63,009 nt of DNA, filler included, from Octopus bimaculoides (GCF_001194135.2; 8 parts of 8 records of this genome joined end to end with filler, not necessarily neighbours in it), one strand, 5' to 3'. Positions 25,130-36,887 are shown, counted from the whole stretch's first letter. Notes: generated from the sequence alone by a model not told the origin. Program-made: numbers and translations.

Positions 25130-25335
25130 GGCAAACTGGCAGAATTCATAGTGTGTTGGACAAAATGCTTAATGGCATTTTTTTTGGTTCTTTACATGTT
25201 AAGCTCAAATCTCACATAGGTCAACTTTGTCTTTCATCCTTTTGGTGGGTTGATATAATAAAAGACTTGGCATTGAATAAACCCCTACTACTAAAAATCA
25301 CTGGCCTTATGCCAAAATTTGAAACCATTCTTCTT
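25130..25335 (+). mobile_element. Degenerate tRNA/Deu(Nin)-type SINE
   Basis: ctggcagaattcatag..aagctcaaatctcacataggtcaactttgtctttcatccttttgg..ggccttatgccaaaatttgaaacc. Confidence 0.6.
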
Positions 25336-25809
25336 TCTTTATTTATTTTTTATACCATAAAGTTTGTGAAACTTACTTGGAATTATCTCCAGGTAGTGAT
25401 CGTTTGCGAATATATTCTTTGTCTCTTTTTTCATCCAAAGAACTGAAGCAATAAACAAACATTGAATGAATAAATATTTACTCAGTTTCTGAAACAGTTT
25501 TCTGTTAAATTATGAAATTTAAACTCTTACAACATTGATATTTGAAATTTAGTATAATTTTCATAATAAATTCTTAAAGGTCTTACTCGTTTCTTTAGTG
25601 GATGTAATAATAATGGTTTACAAGGCACTACAATCAATTAAAAGTTGTAATTACAATTGTTATATTACTGACAATTCTTGGTCAAGTTAATCATGTTAAA
25701 CATCATAAACATATATATTGAAAATGAACCAATGAGAGAGCATTTATCTACATAATCCTTTGACATGCTAGAAATAACATTCAAATCTCTCTCAATTTAT
25801 ATTTTACAG

Positions 25810-25915
25810 TCACAGAAAAGAAGGACACACAAAATAATTTGGTCCCAGCACTTGGGTGGTAATATTCCACCTTCGACCATAGCTATACTCAATCAGGGAT
25901 ATTCTGGAGGTTAAA
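25810..25915 (-). CDS. PHF24: Candidate terminal exon of PHF24-like gene (CLTSRISLIEYSYGRRWNITTQVLGPNYFVCPSFL*)
   Basis: tttctttcatatgtag|T acceptor 99 nt after the preceding donor; phase-2 compatible and open to TGA. Little similarity to the recalled vertebrate PHF24 C-terminus. Confidence 0.4.
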
Positions 25916-26014
25916 CTACATATGAAAGAAATAAACAAGTTATATTAAAAGACTCGAAAATGACTATATCTATCTATTGTGTAAGATATATAGAATCTGA
26001 TATAACTGACTCAC

Positions 26015-26190
26015 CATTTTCTGGATTTACTTTTTGAAACAGAGATTTTCTTCCTTTTAGCTAGCCATTTAATGAATGCACCTTGAACAGCATTCTTTTT
26101 GGCAGATCCTTGGCCAAGGCTATCAATACTTCTGAATATGGCACGCACTTCTTCTATTTCTTTTGGTTTTAAAAGACATGTTATCTTATG
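26015..26190 (-). CDS. PHF24: PHF24/GINIP-like exon (HKITCLLKPKEIEEVRAIFRSIDSLGQGSAKKNAVQGAFIKWLAKRKK...)
   Basis: ttttatttatag|CAT...AAAATG|gtgagt; 176 nt, phase 0 to 2. Aligns with recalled human PHF24 LLRLLTVKERERARAAF..HSWFCKR. Confidence 0.75.
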
Positions 26191-26444
26191 CTATAAATAA
26201 AAATTGCCAAAATGGTCAACCACAGGATTTATGCAAAATCATGTTAGAAAGGTATATATCACAGGGAAAATAATTGCCTAAGCATATAAAAATGAAGACA
26301 AGGACAAATTCTCAAATATAAATTGAAAGTTGCTCAGCTACTATTTAAATATCATGAGTAAGAAATTTAAAATGATAAAATTGCTGAGTTCATGATAAAA
26401 TTTTGAATAATTATAAAATTTACTCAAATATTTTAAGACATTAC

Positions 26445-26644
26445 TTCAGGCCGTTGCTTGAGAATTCTGATGACTTCACTGTTTATGAAATCTTTCCGGG
26501 TAATTTCTCCTTTGTCATTCACATCCATATGTTCAAAATGCTGCATTGATTTCTTCATTTCATCAGGTTTCATATCCTCTCCATGAATATTATTGTAAAC
26601 TCCTCTTCGGAAACGTAAAAAGTTTGCATGTGTAACAAGAGTAT
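26445..26644 (-). CDS. PHF24: PHF24/GINIP-like EF-hand exon (TLVTHANFLRFRR..QHFEHMDVNDKGEITRKDFINSEVIRILKQRPE)
   Basis: ctccatttgtag|AT...CCTGAA|gtaatg; 200 nt, phase 1 to 0. EF-loop DVNDKGEITRKD; aligns with recalled PHF24 FLRYR..[21 protein letters not shown]..LRPQ. Confidence 0.8.
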
Positions 26645-26819
26645 CTACAAATGGAGAAATATCAAACAATTTCTTAAACAAAAAGAATGAAGAATAATTT
26701 GGCATTTTCAAACTATCCTCAGCTGTTTTGCTTTTAATGAAATATTGTAACAAAAAAATATAGCAGAGTTGACTGACTTAACAAATTGAGATACAATACA
26801 TAAATGGCAAATGGCTTAC

Positions 26820-26868
26820 TACCCACGAAGGCAACAGTATTTGATTTTCCAAAATAGGCTACATCACT
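26820..26868 (-). CDS. Candidate small exon (SDVAYFGKSNTVAFVG+A) of the PHF24-like gene
   Basis: gatttcag|AGT...GGTA|gtaagc; phase 0 to 1, the only open frame; phase-compatible with both neighbouring exons; no recognisable homology. Confidence 0.35.
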
Positions 26869-27171
26869 CTGAAATCATTATTAAATATATAAGCAAAAAT
26901 TACTACCAGCTGAATAGGAGTTAATTTTATTTAAGTAGACCATCCTGTTTATTTTGAAATGATTGCTGAGCCATTATACCAAAACCTCAATGATGAATAT
27001 AAAAATTAGAATGTTGCAGGAACAAACTGCAAGATGAATTCTTCAAGCCAAGCCAACTGGTGGGAGAGCTAAGTGTAGCTCTGGAATGAAATGTTTGAAT
27101 AATATCCATAGTCTCAGTTGGCCACCCTTGGGAATCTAACCAGAACTTAGAAAACTTAAATATTTCCTATA

Positions 27172-27550
27172 CTCTTTTACTCGTTTCAGTCACTTGACTG
27201 TGGCCATACTGGAGTACTGCCTTTAGTCGAGCAAATCGACCCCAGAACTTATTCTTTGTAAGCCTAGTACTTATTCTATCAGTCACTTTTGCTGAACCAC
27301 TAAGTTATGAAGACGTAAACACATCAGCATCGGTTGTCAAGTGATGCTGGGGGGACAAACACAGACACACACACACATATGTATACATATATACGACGGG
27401 CTTCTTTCAGTTTCCGTCTACCAAATCCACTCACAAGGCTTTGGTCAGCCCGAGGCTATAGTAGAAGACACTTGCCCAAGGTGCCACACAGTGGGACTGA
27501 ACCCGGAACCATGTGGTTAGTAAGCAAGCTACTTACCACACAGCCACTCC
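27172..27550 (-). mobile_element. Full-length tRNA-derived CORE-type SINE (OR-like)
   Basis: Minus strand: A box GGAGTGGCTGTGTGGT, B box GGTTCAGTCCC, then GCACCTTGGGCAAGTGTCTT (CORE-like), an internal microsatellite and the 3' tail. Confidence 0.9.
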
Positions 27551-27712
27551 TATGCCTATATTCATATATATTACACATGCTCACGTGCACACCCACACAT
27601 ACACATATGTATGTGTGCAACTTAAAAAAGAAACCTTGAAAGTTTGGTATATTTTTAATTCCATGTTATACATGTATATCTTCACAAAGATATACATGTA
27701 GAAAAAAAGTAC

Positions 27713-27909
27713 TTTTGAATCAGTTTGAAGAATTACAGACAGGAGGTTATGTACATATTTTTCTACATGTGTACGCCTTTGTGACTCCTGTCCTGTAATG
27801 AAGCATGTGTAACATGGAATTAAAATTACACCAAAGTTTTCCACTTTTGACACGTAAATACTCTGCAAACAGAATTCACTTGAAGTTTCAATCACTATGT
27901 ATATCCCAT
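27713..27909 (-). CDS. Candidate exon with degenerate PHD-like Cys spacing (DGIYIVIETSSEFCLQSIY..LIPCYTCFITGQESQRRTHVEKYVHNLL..)
   Basis: Strong acceptor tattttatttcag|AT; 197 nt open, phase 1 to 0 with a weak GTACTT donor. EFC..LIPCYTC loosely parallels recalled PHF24 EMC..LFPCRVC. Confidence 0.4.
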
Positions 27910-28419
27910 CTGAAATAAAATATTGATATAAATACATTTGATTAATGTGAACATGCAAATGTGCTTTATAAGAACACAGCTTGAACTATAACCCCTTCTG
28001 CATACTATATATTCATGTGTATATTGTTTGTGTCTATCAATCTATCAATCAATCAAAATTTTGTGTTTGCAGCTGCTCAATAATATAAACATTATCAATA
28101 CCATATCATGTATGTGTAAATGTTAAATGCTTGTAGCTATGATATTTCATCTGAGGGAGGTGCTTTTAATGCTATATAGTGTTAAAAAAACACAGTATAC
28201 TGCTAAGCTAGGTAAAATGAAACTGCTCTACAAGTGAATGAGAATGACATAAATCAATATTTCGCAGTATCTTCAGCTCATCAGTACCATATACTGACCT
28301 CACTTCTGAAATAAATTCAAACTGCTAGCCAGAAGTACATGCAGATAGCATGAAATCTATCTGCTGATGTGTAAAAGCATAGCAAAGGTATAATAACATT
28401 CAAATTTGTTAGAAGCAGC

Positions 28420-29177
28420 CAGGGTTGCCAATTTATCATATTTTATGCCAGATCTAGCATTTTTTTTATTTCAGTATTTAGCAGAAAATTTTTGAATCTA
28501 GCATTTAGCAGGGAAAATAGCAGGTTTAAAATTTTATTTGGCATTTTTCTCTGATCAGGACATTTCCACAATAGTTACCCTTTTTTCTTCTTTTACCTCC
28601 TTTCATTAATGTATCTTATAGTCAAATTTTAGTCCTATCAGCTATTGTTAAATTTTTCTTTCACTTTCTTGAAACTTCAAATGAAAGTTTATCAAGTTAT
28701 GATCTTTTCCAGTCACCCCCACCCACCCCACCGACTTGGATACAGAGTAGTGCTGATGTGGGGAGGGGGAGAAGATAATTCATGTCAGCACCTCATTACA
28801 CAATAATGTAAATATGTTGCAAAGAATGAAAGCATGGAAATTGGTCCTAACAATGCTTTATTCTGTGGTGATGAGTTTTTATCATGACAGGTTGACTGAT
28901 TTACTTCCAGTTTGACTGTTTTAAAACAGGCCTGTGTTTTTTCATGCTTGTTTTGGATTATATATCTTGTATAGAAGTATGGGGATGGTGGGGTCTCCCC
29001 CTTTATATTTTTACTTACTTTTTTTATTTTTCAAGTACTTTAGTTATATTTGTGGTTTTACCAATAGATATTAAATTTAAGATTGGAAACAAAATATGAT
29101 GTTTCCAGGTTCATGTCAGAACACAGTTTTAAGATTTCTGCAGATTTTACATTTCCATTTATAAGTTGGCCACCCTG
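28420..29177. mobile_element. hAT-type non-autonomous element
   Basis: CAGGGTTGCCA (28420-28430) and TGGCCACCCTG (29167-29177) are imperfect TIRs; the 8-bp TSD is not preserved. Confidence 0.5.
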
Positions 29178-29339
29178 CATCCTGAATCAGTATTTTTCAC
29201 CTCAAGAATTTGTAAGCAGCAAACATAAGAATTGTTAATAATGAATGAAAGAATTGTTAGCAGCAAACTGATAAGTTGTGTTTTCAATTTTATATTTTTC
29301 TTAATCATTCAATTTATTGTCTTGCTTCCCACTACATTA

Positions 29340-29865
29340 TAATGAACAAAGAAAAAACAAAGTTGTACCAGCAAAAATCCTGAAAGTAATGGCTTAAGAT
29401 GCCAACATTTACTAAGTGGTTGTGTGACCAATCTAAAGCACATTGCAGATATTGGAGATGTAATATGTTGACAAAATATTCTCTTTTAGTAAGTCACTGT
29501 GAAGCAAAGAAACATAAGGCATCAACTCCACAGCAAATGATTCCTCTTAGCAATTTTATTAAAACCAAAAATGATAAGACCTTTATGCTTGAAGCAAATT
29601 TAGAAATGTTTATTTGTTGCCACTCATCATTTAATAGCTGTGATCACTTAATAGAATTATGTAAGAATTACATGTCTGATAGTGATATCATAACCAAAGT
29701 GAAGTTGCATCGTACAAAATGTACAAATATCGTGAGAAATGTTTTAGCTTCATATTTTGATGGAGATTTGATTTCTGATGTAGGAGATAGAAAATTTAGC
29801 CTGTTATTAGATGAATCCAATGATATATCGATAAACAAATTGTAAGGAATTGTTATCATATATTA
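29340..29865 (+). mobile_element. hAT-superfamily transposase N-terminal fragment
   Basis: Zn-finger-like KAHCRYWRC..H..KKH, followed by KLHRTKCTNIVRNVLA..KFSLLLDESNDISINKL; ends at a stop beside the RTE junction. Confidence 0.8.
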
Positions 29866-30079
29866 TAGTAGAGCGAATCAATTTAGATGAGATGCAGTTT
29901 GGGTTCGTGCCAGGTAAAAGCACTACTGATGCCTTATTTCTAGTGAGACAGTTGCAAGAGAAATACCTAGCCAAGGATAAACCTCTGTACCTGGCTTTCG
30001 TTGACATGGAGAAAGCCTTTGACAGGGTCCCCCGATCCCTTATCTGGTGGTCAATGAGGAAACTTGGGATAGAAGAATG
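29866..30079 (+). mobile_element. RTE-clade LINE RT fragment
   Basis: ERINLDEMQFGFVPGKSTTDALFLVRQLQEKYLAKDKPLYLAFVDMEKAFDRVPRSLIWWSMRKLGIEE; runs into a gap. Confidence 0.92.
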
Positions 30080-30489
30080 NNNNNNNNNNNNNNNNNNNNN
30101 NNNNNNNNNNNNNNNNNNNNNNNTTAATTAATTAANNNNNNNNNNNNNNNNNNNNNNNNNNNNNNNNNNNNNNNNNNNNTAGATAGATAGATAGATAGAT
30201 AGATATTACCGATACGTTAGTAACGTAATGTATATGTACACACACATACACATGCACACACACATACACATGCACACACACATACACATGCACACACACA
30301 TACACATGTACACACACAAACATACACATACACATACAAATAAGTCTGTGTGTCTGTGTGTTATTTAAATGATATAACATAATGCATAGAATATTTAATA
30401 TCCAAAATCAATGACAATAGCTAGTAGTCGGCATCGACTATACTTAATTTTTAGAATCAACATTGTTATAGTTGTTGCTGTTGTTGTTG

Positions 30490-30612
30490 TTCTTCTTTTT
30501 CTTCATCGTCATCATCATCATCATCATCTTCTTCTTCTTCTTCTTCTTCTTCTTCTTCTTCTTCTTCTTCTTCTTCTTCTTCTTCTTCTTCTTCTTCTTC
30601 TTCTTCTTCTTC

Positions 30613-30677
<65 letters not shown>
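30490..30677. repeat. Compound (CAT)/(TTC)n/(TTA)n microsatellite
   Basis: Directly visible. Confidence 0.95.
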
Positions 30678-30678
<1 letters not shown>

Positions 30679-30895
30679 AAGGGCGATGAGCTGGTAGAGT
30701 CGTTACAGCTGGGCAAAATACATAGCGGTGTCTTGTCCGTCTTTTCATTCTGACTTCAAATTCCACCGAGATCAACTTCGCCTTCCATCCTTTCGGGATC
30801 AATAAAATAAGTACCAGTTGAATATTGGGATCGTAGTAATCGACTTAGCCTCGCACTCCAAACTGCTAGTCTTGTGCCAAAATTTGAAAGTATCA
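30678..30895 (+). mobile_element. tRNA/Deu(Nin)-type SINE between (TTA)n tracts
   Basis: gggcgatgagctggtagagtcgtta..tcaaattccaccgagatcaacttcgccttccatcctttcgggatcaataaaataagtaccag. Confidence 0.8.
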
Positions 30896-30904
30896 TTATT
30901 ATTA

Positions 30905-30959
<55 letters not shown>

Positions 30960-32245
30960 CGTGTTTTCCTTCAATTATCATTCCATTTCTTGCTTAATGC
31001 CTTACCGACACCCAGGGCATATTAACTCAAACTATGAATTGATACGGTATTTAGATAAAATTCCGGTTTCTTTATTTACAGAATCAAATAATGTTACGTA
31101 AAAAAAAACAATAACCATTTATTAGAAAGAATAACAATATTTATATAATTATTATTAATACTGCAGTTCTTGTTATCATATCCAGCATTTGGTTCATACT
31201 ATTTACAAGCATATAGGAGAATGTGTCTGTCACGCACCCTTCAATTTTACAGCGTATTATCAATCGTAGATTTTCATTGGATTGTATGTACATTCATGGC
31301 TGATAACTTAAACGTAAAATATATTTCAGATCGAGAAGAGAATCAGGTCGATATCCTTCAGAAAAACATTTGCAGAGTAGATCCACATAGGACTGGGATC
31401 ATGGAAGTGAAACACGCAAATATGTGTGTAAATATATGCATACGTATGTATGAGTAATATATATATATATATATATATANNNNNNNNNNNNNNNNNNNNN
31501 NNNNNNNNNNNNNNNNNNNNNNNNNNNNNNNNNNNNNNNNNNNNNNNNNNNNNNNNNNNNNNNNNNNNNNNNNNNNNNNNNNNNNNNNNNNNNNNNNNNN
31601 NNNNNNNNNNNNNNNNNNNNNNNNNNNNNNNNNNNNNNNNNNNNNNNNNNNNNNNNNNNNNNNNNNNNNNNNNNNNNNNNNNNNNNNNNNNNNNNNNNNN
31701 NNNNNNNNNNNNNNNNNNNNNNNNNNNNNNNNNNNNNNNNNNNNNNNNNNNNNNNNNNNNNNNNNNNNNNNNNNNNNNNNNNNNNNNNNNNNNNNNNNNN
31801 NNNNNNNNNNNNNNNNNNNNNNNNNNNNNNNNNNNNNNNNNNNNNNNNNNNNNNNNNNNNNNNNNNNNNNNNNNNNNNNNNNNNNNNNNNNNNNNNNNNN
31901 NNNNNNNNNNNNNNNNNNNNNNNNNNNNNNNNNNNNNNNNNNNNNNNNNNNNNNNNNNNNNNNNNNNNNNNNNNNNNNNNNNNNNNNNNNNNNNNNNNNN
32001 NNNNNNNNNNNNNNNNNNNNNNNNNNNNNNNNNNNNNNNNNNNNNNNNNNNNNNNNNNNNNNNNTATATATATTTATATATGTATGTATGGATATATATA
32101 TATGTACACAGTAAGATTTCGATATTTCATTTAGGCACACCTGTTATAAAAACTCAATGTACGTATATTTCAGAATAGAGCGTTGGGTGATTAGACACGC
32201 GCGCGCGCGCATAATTTAAAATGACGACGCTAACGATGATGACCA

Positions 32246-32462
32246 CTATCCTCCTCCAGAATAGAACGCACCACACAAAAACTTTATGAATAAAATATTA
32301 CCCCATTCAGACATAAGCAACAATGGAAACCCTACCGACCCATATTCGACATTAAATCCAGAAAGTAACTCTGACTCCCCTTCAACAAAATCAAATGAAA
32401 CTCGATGAGTTTCCGCAATTATAGATATCACTCATATTATAAATATAAAAAAAATTAACAAC
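32246..32462 (-). pseudogene. nad1: NUMT: mitochondrial nad1 fragment
   Basis: With the invertebrate mitochondrial code it reads [52 protein letters not shown]; an in-frame TGA sits at a Trp position; matches the ND1 AETNRxPFDxxEGESELVSGFNVEY motif. Confidence 0.88.
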
Positions 32463-32724
32463 ATATATATATAGATGCGTACATACATAAAGTAATAGAG
32501 ATAGACTGTCGGCAAAACAAAGACGTATAGAATAGACATAGACAGAGAAATTATCTGATCGATGAATGTATGGAAAGATAAACTGGTAGAATAGGCATAC
32601 ATACTTGCATCTCATGCGACTTCTTCGTGGCCGGTCTATTACAAGTGTTCGTATTTGAAAGAAAATAACGAAGAGTTGAAGAAAAGTTACACTAATCTCA
32701 TGTATACGCCCATCACCACCACTA

Positions 32725-33160
32725 TCTCCACCACCACCACCACAGTCGCCAGCAAATAAGGTCAATAATAACAAGAAGAAGATTATGAACACATTTTACG
32801 TTCTTCGTTTTGATAGTTTCTTTTTCTCTTTTCAGTATTCTTCTCTCCGCTTGAATACGAAAGAAAATGAAGTCGAGATCAAAGAGAGAATTTCGCCTGA
32901 ATTAACACAAAACAACGCACCGAGAAAAAGAAAGTTAGCAATGGATGTCAAACGAGGAGTAGGTCACTAAGTCACCTGGCCAGTCTGGACAATCAACAGT
33001 ATTTAGATATCTACAATTGTCCTAGCGTAAATTACAGAGCGGCCATATTTCGCCTCAGGGATGATTTCCTTTAAAAGTATCGGCGGGTGGTTATTTCTGA
33101 TCCAAATTTACCGACTTCACACAAAATTATTTACCGACACAGAAAACCCGTCAGTTACAC
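32725..33160 (+). repeat. Left arm of long inverted repeat
   Basis: Reverse complement of 34699-35160 (e.g. cctagcgtaaattacagagcggccatatttcgcct / aggcgaaatatggccgctctgtaatttacgctagg), with indels. Confidence 0.9.
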
Positions 33161-33202
33161 TATATTTGATATTATTATTACTATTATTATTATTATTATA
33201 CG

Positions 33203-33246
<44 letters not shown>

Positions 33247-33874
33247 GTACACATACACACGCACATTCATATATATATATATATATATATACATTCCCGG
33301 ATCTTAGCGGTTGGCTAAAAGAAACGACCACTAGAATAAATACGAGGTTTAAAAAAAATAATAATAAATACTGCGGTCAATTCGTTCGACAAAAAATTTT
33401 CAAGGCCATGCCCCAGCAAGGCCGCAGTCTAATGAGTGAAACAAGCGAGAGAGAAATAAAAGTTAAGGAGATAAACATGTATAAAATCAATATGCAGATA
33501 ACAGCTATATTGGAAACAATTTTATAGATAATTAATATACAGATAATAATTATATAATTAAAAATTATTTATGTAATTCATACATGGATAACAAATATGC
33601 AGATAACATAAATACAATATATAGAGGATAACTATGCATGCAATGATACGTATGTAATAGATATGTAAATAATAACTATATAGATCTTAAATGCATAAAG
33701 AAGTAGATTTCTAATAAATAATTAGAAATACATACATTTAATAGATAATAAATATGTAGATATTAAATATAGAGAAAATAATATTAAGGAATTATGTATG
33801 AAATAAATATAATTATGATAGGAATGAAGATAAATATTTTGATAATATATATATATATATTTACTATTTTTTTT

Positions 33875-34268
33875 TTTACTTGTTTCAGTCATTTGACTGC
33901 GGCCATGCTGGAGCACCGCCTTCAGTCGAGAAAATCGACCCCAGGATTTATTCTTTGGAAGCCTAGTACTTATTCTATCGGTCTCTTTTTGCCGAACCGC
34001 TAAGTTACGGGGAAGTAAACACACCACCATCGGCTGTCAAGCGATGGTGGGGGGACAAACAGACACACAAACACACACACACATATATATATATATATAC
34101 ATACATATATACGACGGGCTTCTTTCAGTTTCCGTCTACCAAATCCACTCACAAGGCTTTGATCGGCCCGAGGCTATAGTAGAAGACACTTGCCCAAGGT
34201 GCCACGCAGTGGGACTGAACCCGGAACCATGTGGTTGGTAAGCAAGCTACTTACCACACAGCCACTCC
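33875..34268 (-). mobile_element. Full-length tRNA-derived CORE-type SINE
   Basis: A box, B box and CORE-like segment as at 27172-27550. Confidence 0.92.
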
Positions 34269-34321
34269 TATATATATATATAGAGATAGATGATATGTAC
34301 ACATTGGAAAAATGATAATAG

Positions 34322-34355
<34 letters not shown>

Positions 34356-34586
34356 ATAACAAATATGTAGGTAATAGGTATATTGATAATACGTACGTGG
34401 ATATTAGATATATAGAAAATAATATGCAATATACGTACAGAATTAATATATACATATAACAATTATGCAGATTATAAACCTATAGGATAGAAAATGTTTA
34501 TGTAATATGTATATAATATATTATTGATAATATATATGTATATTATTAATTTCTAGATAGTAAATAAGCAGATACGATTCTATAGA

Positions 34587-34660
<74 letters not shown>

Positions 34661-34698
34661 GTGAATGTATGTACATAAAAAGAATACAATGAAGTGCG

Positions 34699-35160
34699 CA
34701 GTGAAACTGACGGGTTTTCTGTGTCGGTAAATAATTTTGTTTTGTGTGAAGTCGGTAAATTTGGATCAGCAACAGAAATAGTATCACACCACCCGCCGAT
34801 GCTTTTAAAGGAAACCATCCCTCAGGCGAAATATGGCCGCTCTGTAATTTACGCTAGGACGATTGTAGATATCGAAATACCGTTGTTTGTCCAGACTGAC
34901 CAGGTGACTTAGTGACCTACTCTTCGCTTGACATCCATTGCTAACTTTCTTATTGTCTGTGCGTTGTTTTGTGTTAATTCAGGCGAAATTCTCTCTTTGA
35001 TCTTGTCTTCATTTTCTTTCGTATTTAATTGGGGAAATGAAATCTGAAAAGAGAAAAAGAAACTATGAAAACGAAGAACATGTAAAATGTGTTCCTAATC
35101 TTCTTCTTCTTCTTGTTATTGACCTTATTTGCTGGCGATTGTGATGGTGGAGGTGGTGGT
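34699..35160 (-). repeat. Right arm of long inverted repeat
   Basis: Reverse complement of the left arm at 32725-33160. Confidence 0.9.
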
Positions 35161-35313
35161 GTGGAACATTTTAATGTAAATCTGTTTAACCTTCCTTTCC
35201 ATTTCTGAAACCTCAATATACAAAGAAAATATTGTATTATTAATAATTGAAAAGGAACAGCAATTTGGAAGATATTTTGAAGGGCATATACATATAAGTA
35301 TACATATACACAA

Positions 35314-35348
<35 letters not shown>

Positions 35349-35389
35349 CATATACATTCATTGATGCGCGCATGTGTGTGTGTATTTGA

Positions 35390-35625
35390 AGTCGTAACTC
35401 AATAGTAAAGGTTTTGCAGTCATGATCGTAGGATTGTGCGTTCGATTCCTAGACGAGGCGCTGTGATGTGTTTATGATCAAAATTTCTTCATTTCAAGTT
35501 ACCCCAGTTCATTGTGCCGGAAAAAGTAGTAAATCTGCTTCTGGTCCGGCGGAGAAACATATACGCCACAAAATCTGGCAAATCGACCCTATTTGCCTAT
35601 GGCTCATGCAGTGCGTTGACCTTAT
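35390..35625 (+). mobile_element. Degenerate tRNA-headed SINE
   Basis: A-box-like gtaactcaatagtaaagg and B-box gttcgattcc, followed by a non-tRNA body and (TA)n. Confidence 0.5.
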
Positions 35626-35626
35626 A

Positions 35627-35682
<56 letters not shown>

Positions 35683-36322
35683 TATAGACATATAAATACA
35701 TATATATATATAATGTCAAACGAATGAGAGAGGCATGCTCAATTCATTTTATAGAGTGAATGGTTTACTGAGACTGACTGTTTGTCTCACAATACCATTT
35801 TTGGCGCCATTGTAATCTGTACCTCTGAAGATCTCAATGGCTTGATACTTGACTCACGAGACATTCACCCATTTTCAATAAACTATAACTCCATATTTAT
35901 AATATTTCGTTCAATGACAGTTCGGGATATCGATACCTCAAATCAGTTTGCTGTTAAACATGCAGATAACAACTATTCGCTGTCCCTCTGCATGAAATAT
36001 CTCCCTCTATCTCTGTGGCAAATGAGTTCTATTATTATTTCTTTATACAATGGTGGATATCTTATAATACAAGACTTCAAATAGGCAAATTTCTTAGAAT
36101 ATCTGCTAGAATGCTTTACGGTATAGGTTCCGGTTCCCTGCGTTCAGAGATCTAATTGCACCAAGATCACTTTCGATTTTCATATGTTCGTGTAAGAGAA
36201 ATAAGTAGCAGTCCATCACAATAATTGGTTCTTCGCTGCCTATCTATTACTCTTATTATCTCTCTCATCCTCTCACTACCTCACCCCACTTCTCTATTTA
36301 TTTCTCTCTCTGTCTCTCTAAG

Positions 36323-36452
36323 AAGTATCAGACGAAAAAATAAGTTGTACTCAGATCAGTAGAGGGCTGGACTTCCGATTTAAATGTCTTAGATACAACA
36401 CTTGTGACAATGACACCGTCACGCCTCACTTCAGATCTGTTATGAGCCCGCA
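36323..36452 (+). CDS. Homeobox gene, candidate upstream exon (VSDEKISCTQISRGLDFRFKCLRYNTCDNDTVTPHFRSVMSP)
   Basis: tctctctgtctctctaag|AA...CCGCA|gtaagg; 130 nt, phase 1 to 2, open and phase-compatible with the next two exons. Confidence 0.5.
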
Positions 36453-36652
36453 GTAAGGCAAGTCAATATTGTATTTTCTCTTCTTTAGTTTCTTTGGGAC
36501 CATACGACCAAGTCCATGCTGGAGTACAAACTATAGAACTTTAAAAATTGTAATTTACGATGAATATGTTGACATTAAAATAAAATTAAGACTCCTATCT
36601 TACCATTTACCATATTACATTTACATATAATATATTTCATGTATTGCTTTAG

Positions 36653-36672
36653 AATGAAGAGAATTCGATGTC
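36653..36672 (+). CDS. Homeobox gene, candidate 20-nt micro-exon (QMKRIRC/R)
   Basis: gtattgctttag|AATGAAGAGAATTCGATGTC|gtaagt; phase 2 to 1; followed by a 60-nt intron. Confidence 0.5.
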
Positions 36673-36732
36673 GTAAGTCTTAAAAATGTTTCCTCTTCAC
36701 AACCATTATAAATTGGAATCATCTTATTTTAG

Positions 36733-36887
36733 GGGATGGCCTCAAGTCTCAGAGACGCAAACGCTGTCGGACATCTTTCACACCAGAACAAGTGGCAACG
36801 TTAGAGAAGGAATTTCAGTTCACCAAATATATTTCTGTTTCAAGAAGGATTCATCTCTCACTGACCTTGGGACTCACAGACACGCAG
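36733..36887 (+). CDS. ANTP-class homeodomain exon (HD positions 1-44): DGLKSQRRKRCRTSFTPEQVATLEKEFQFTKYISVSRRIHLSLTLGLTDTQ
   Basis: cttattttag|GG...ACGCAG|GCAAGT. Conserved HD residues R5, F8, L16, E17, F20, Y25, R31, L38, L40 and Q44 are all present, and the phase-0 intron is at the classic 44/45 site. Confidence 0.9.
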
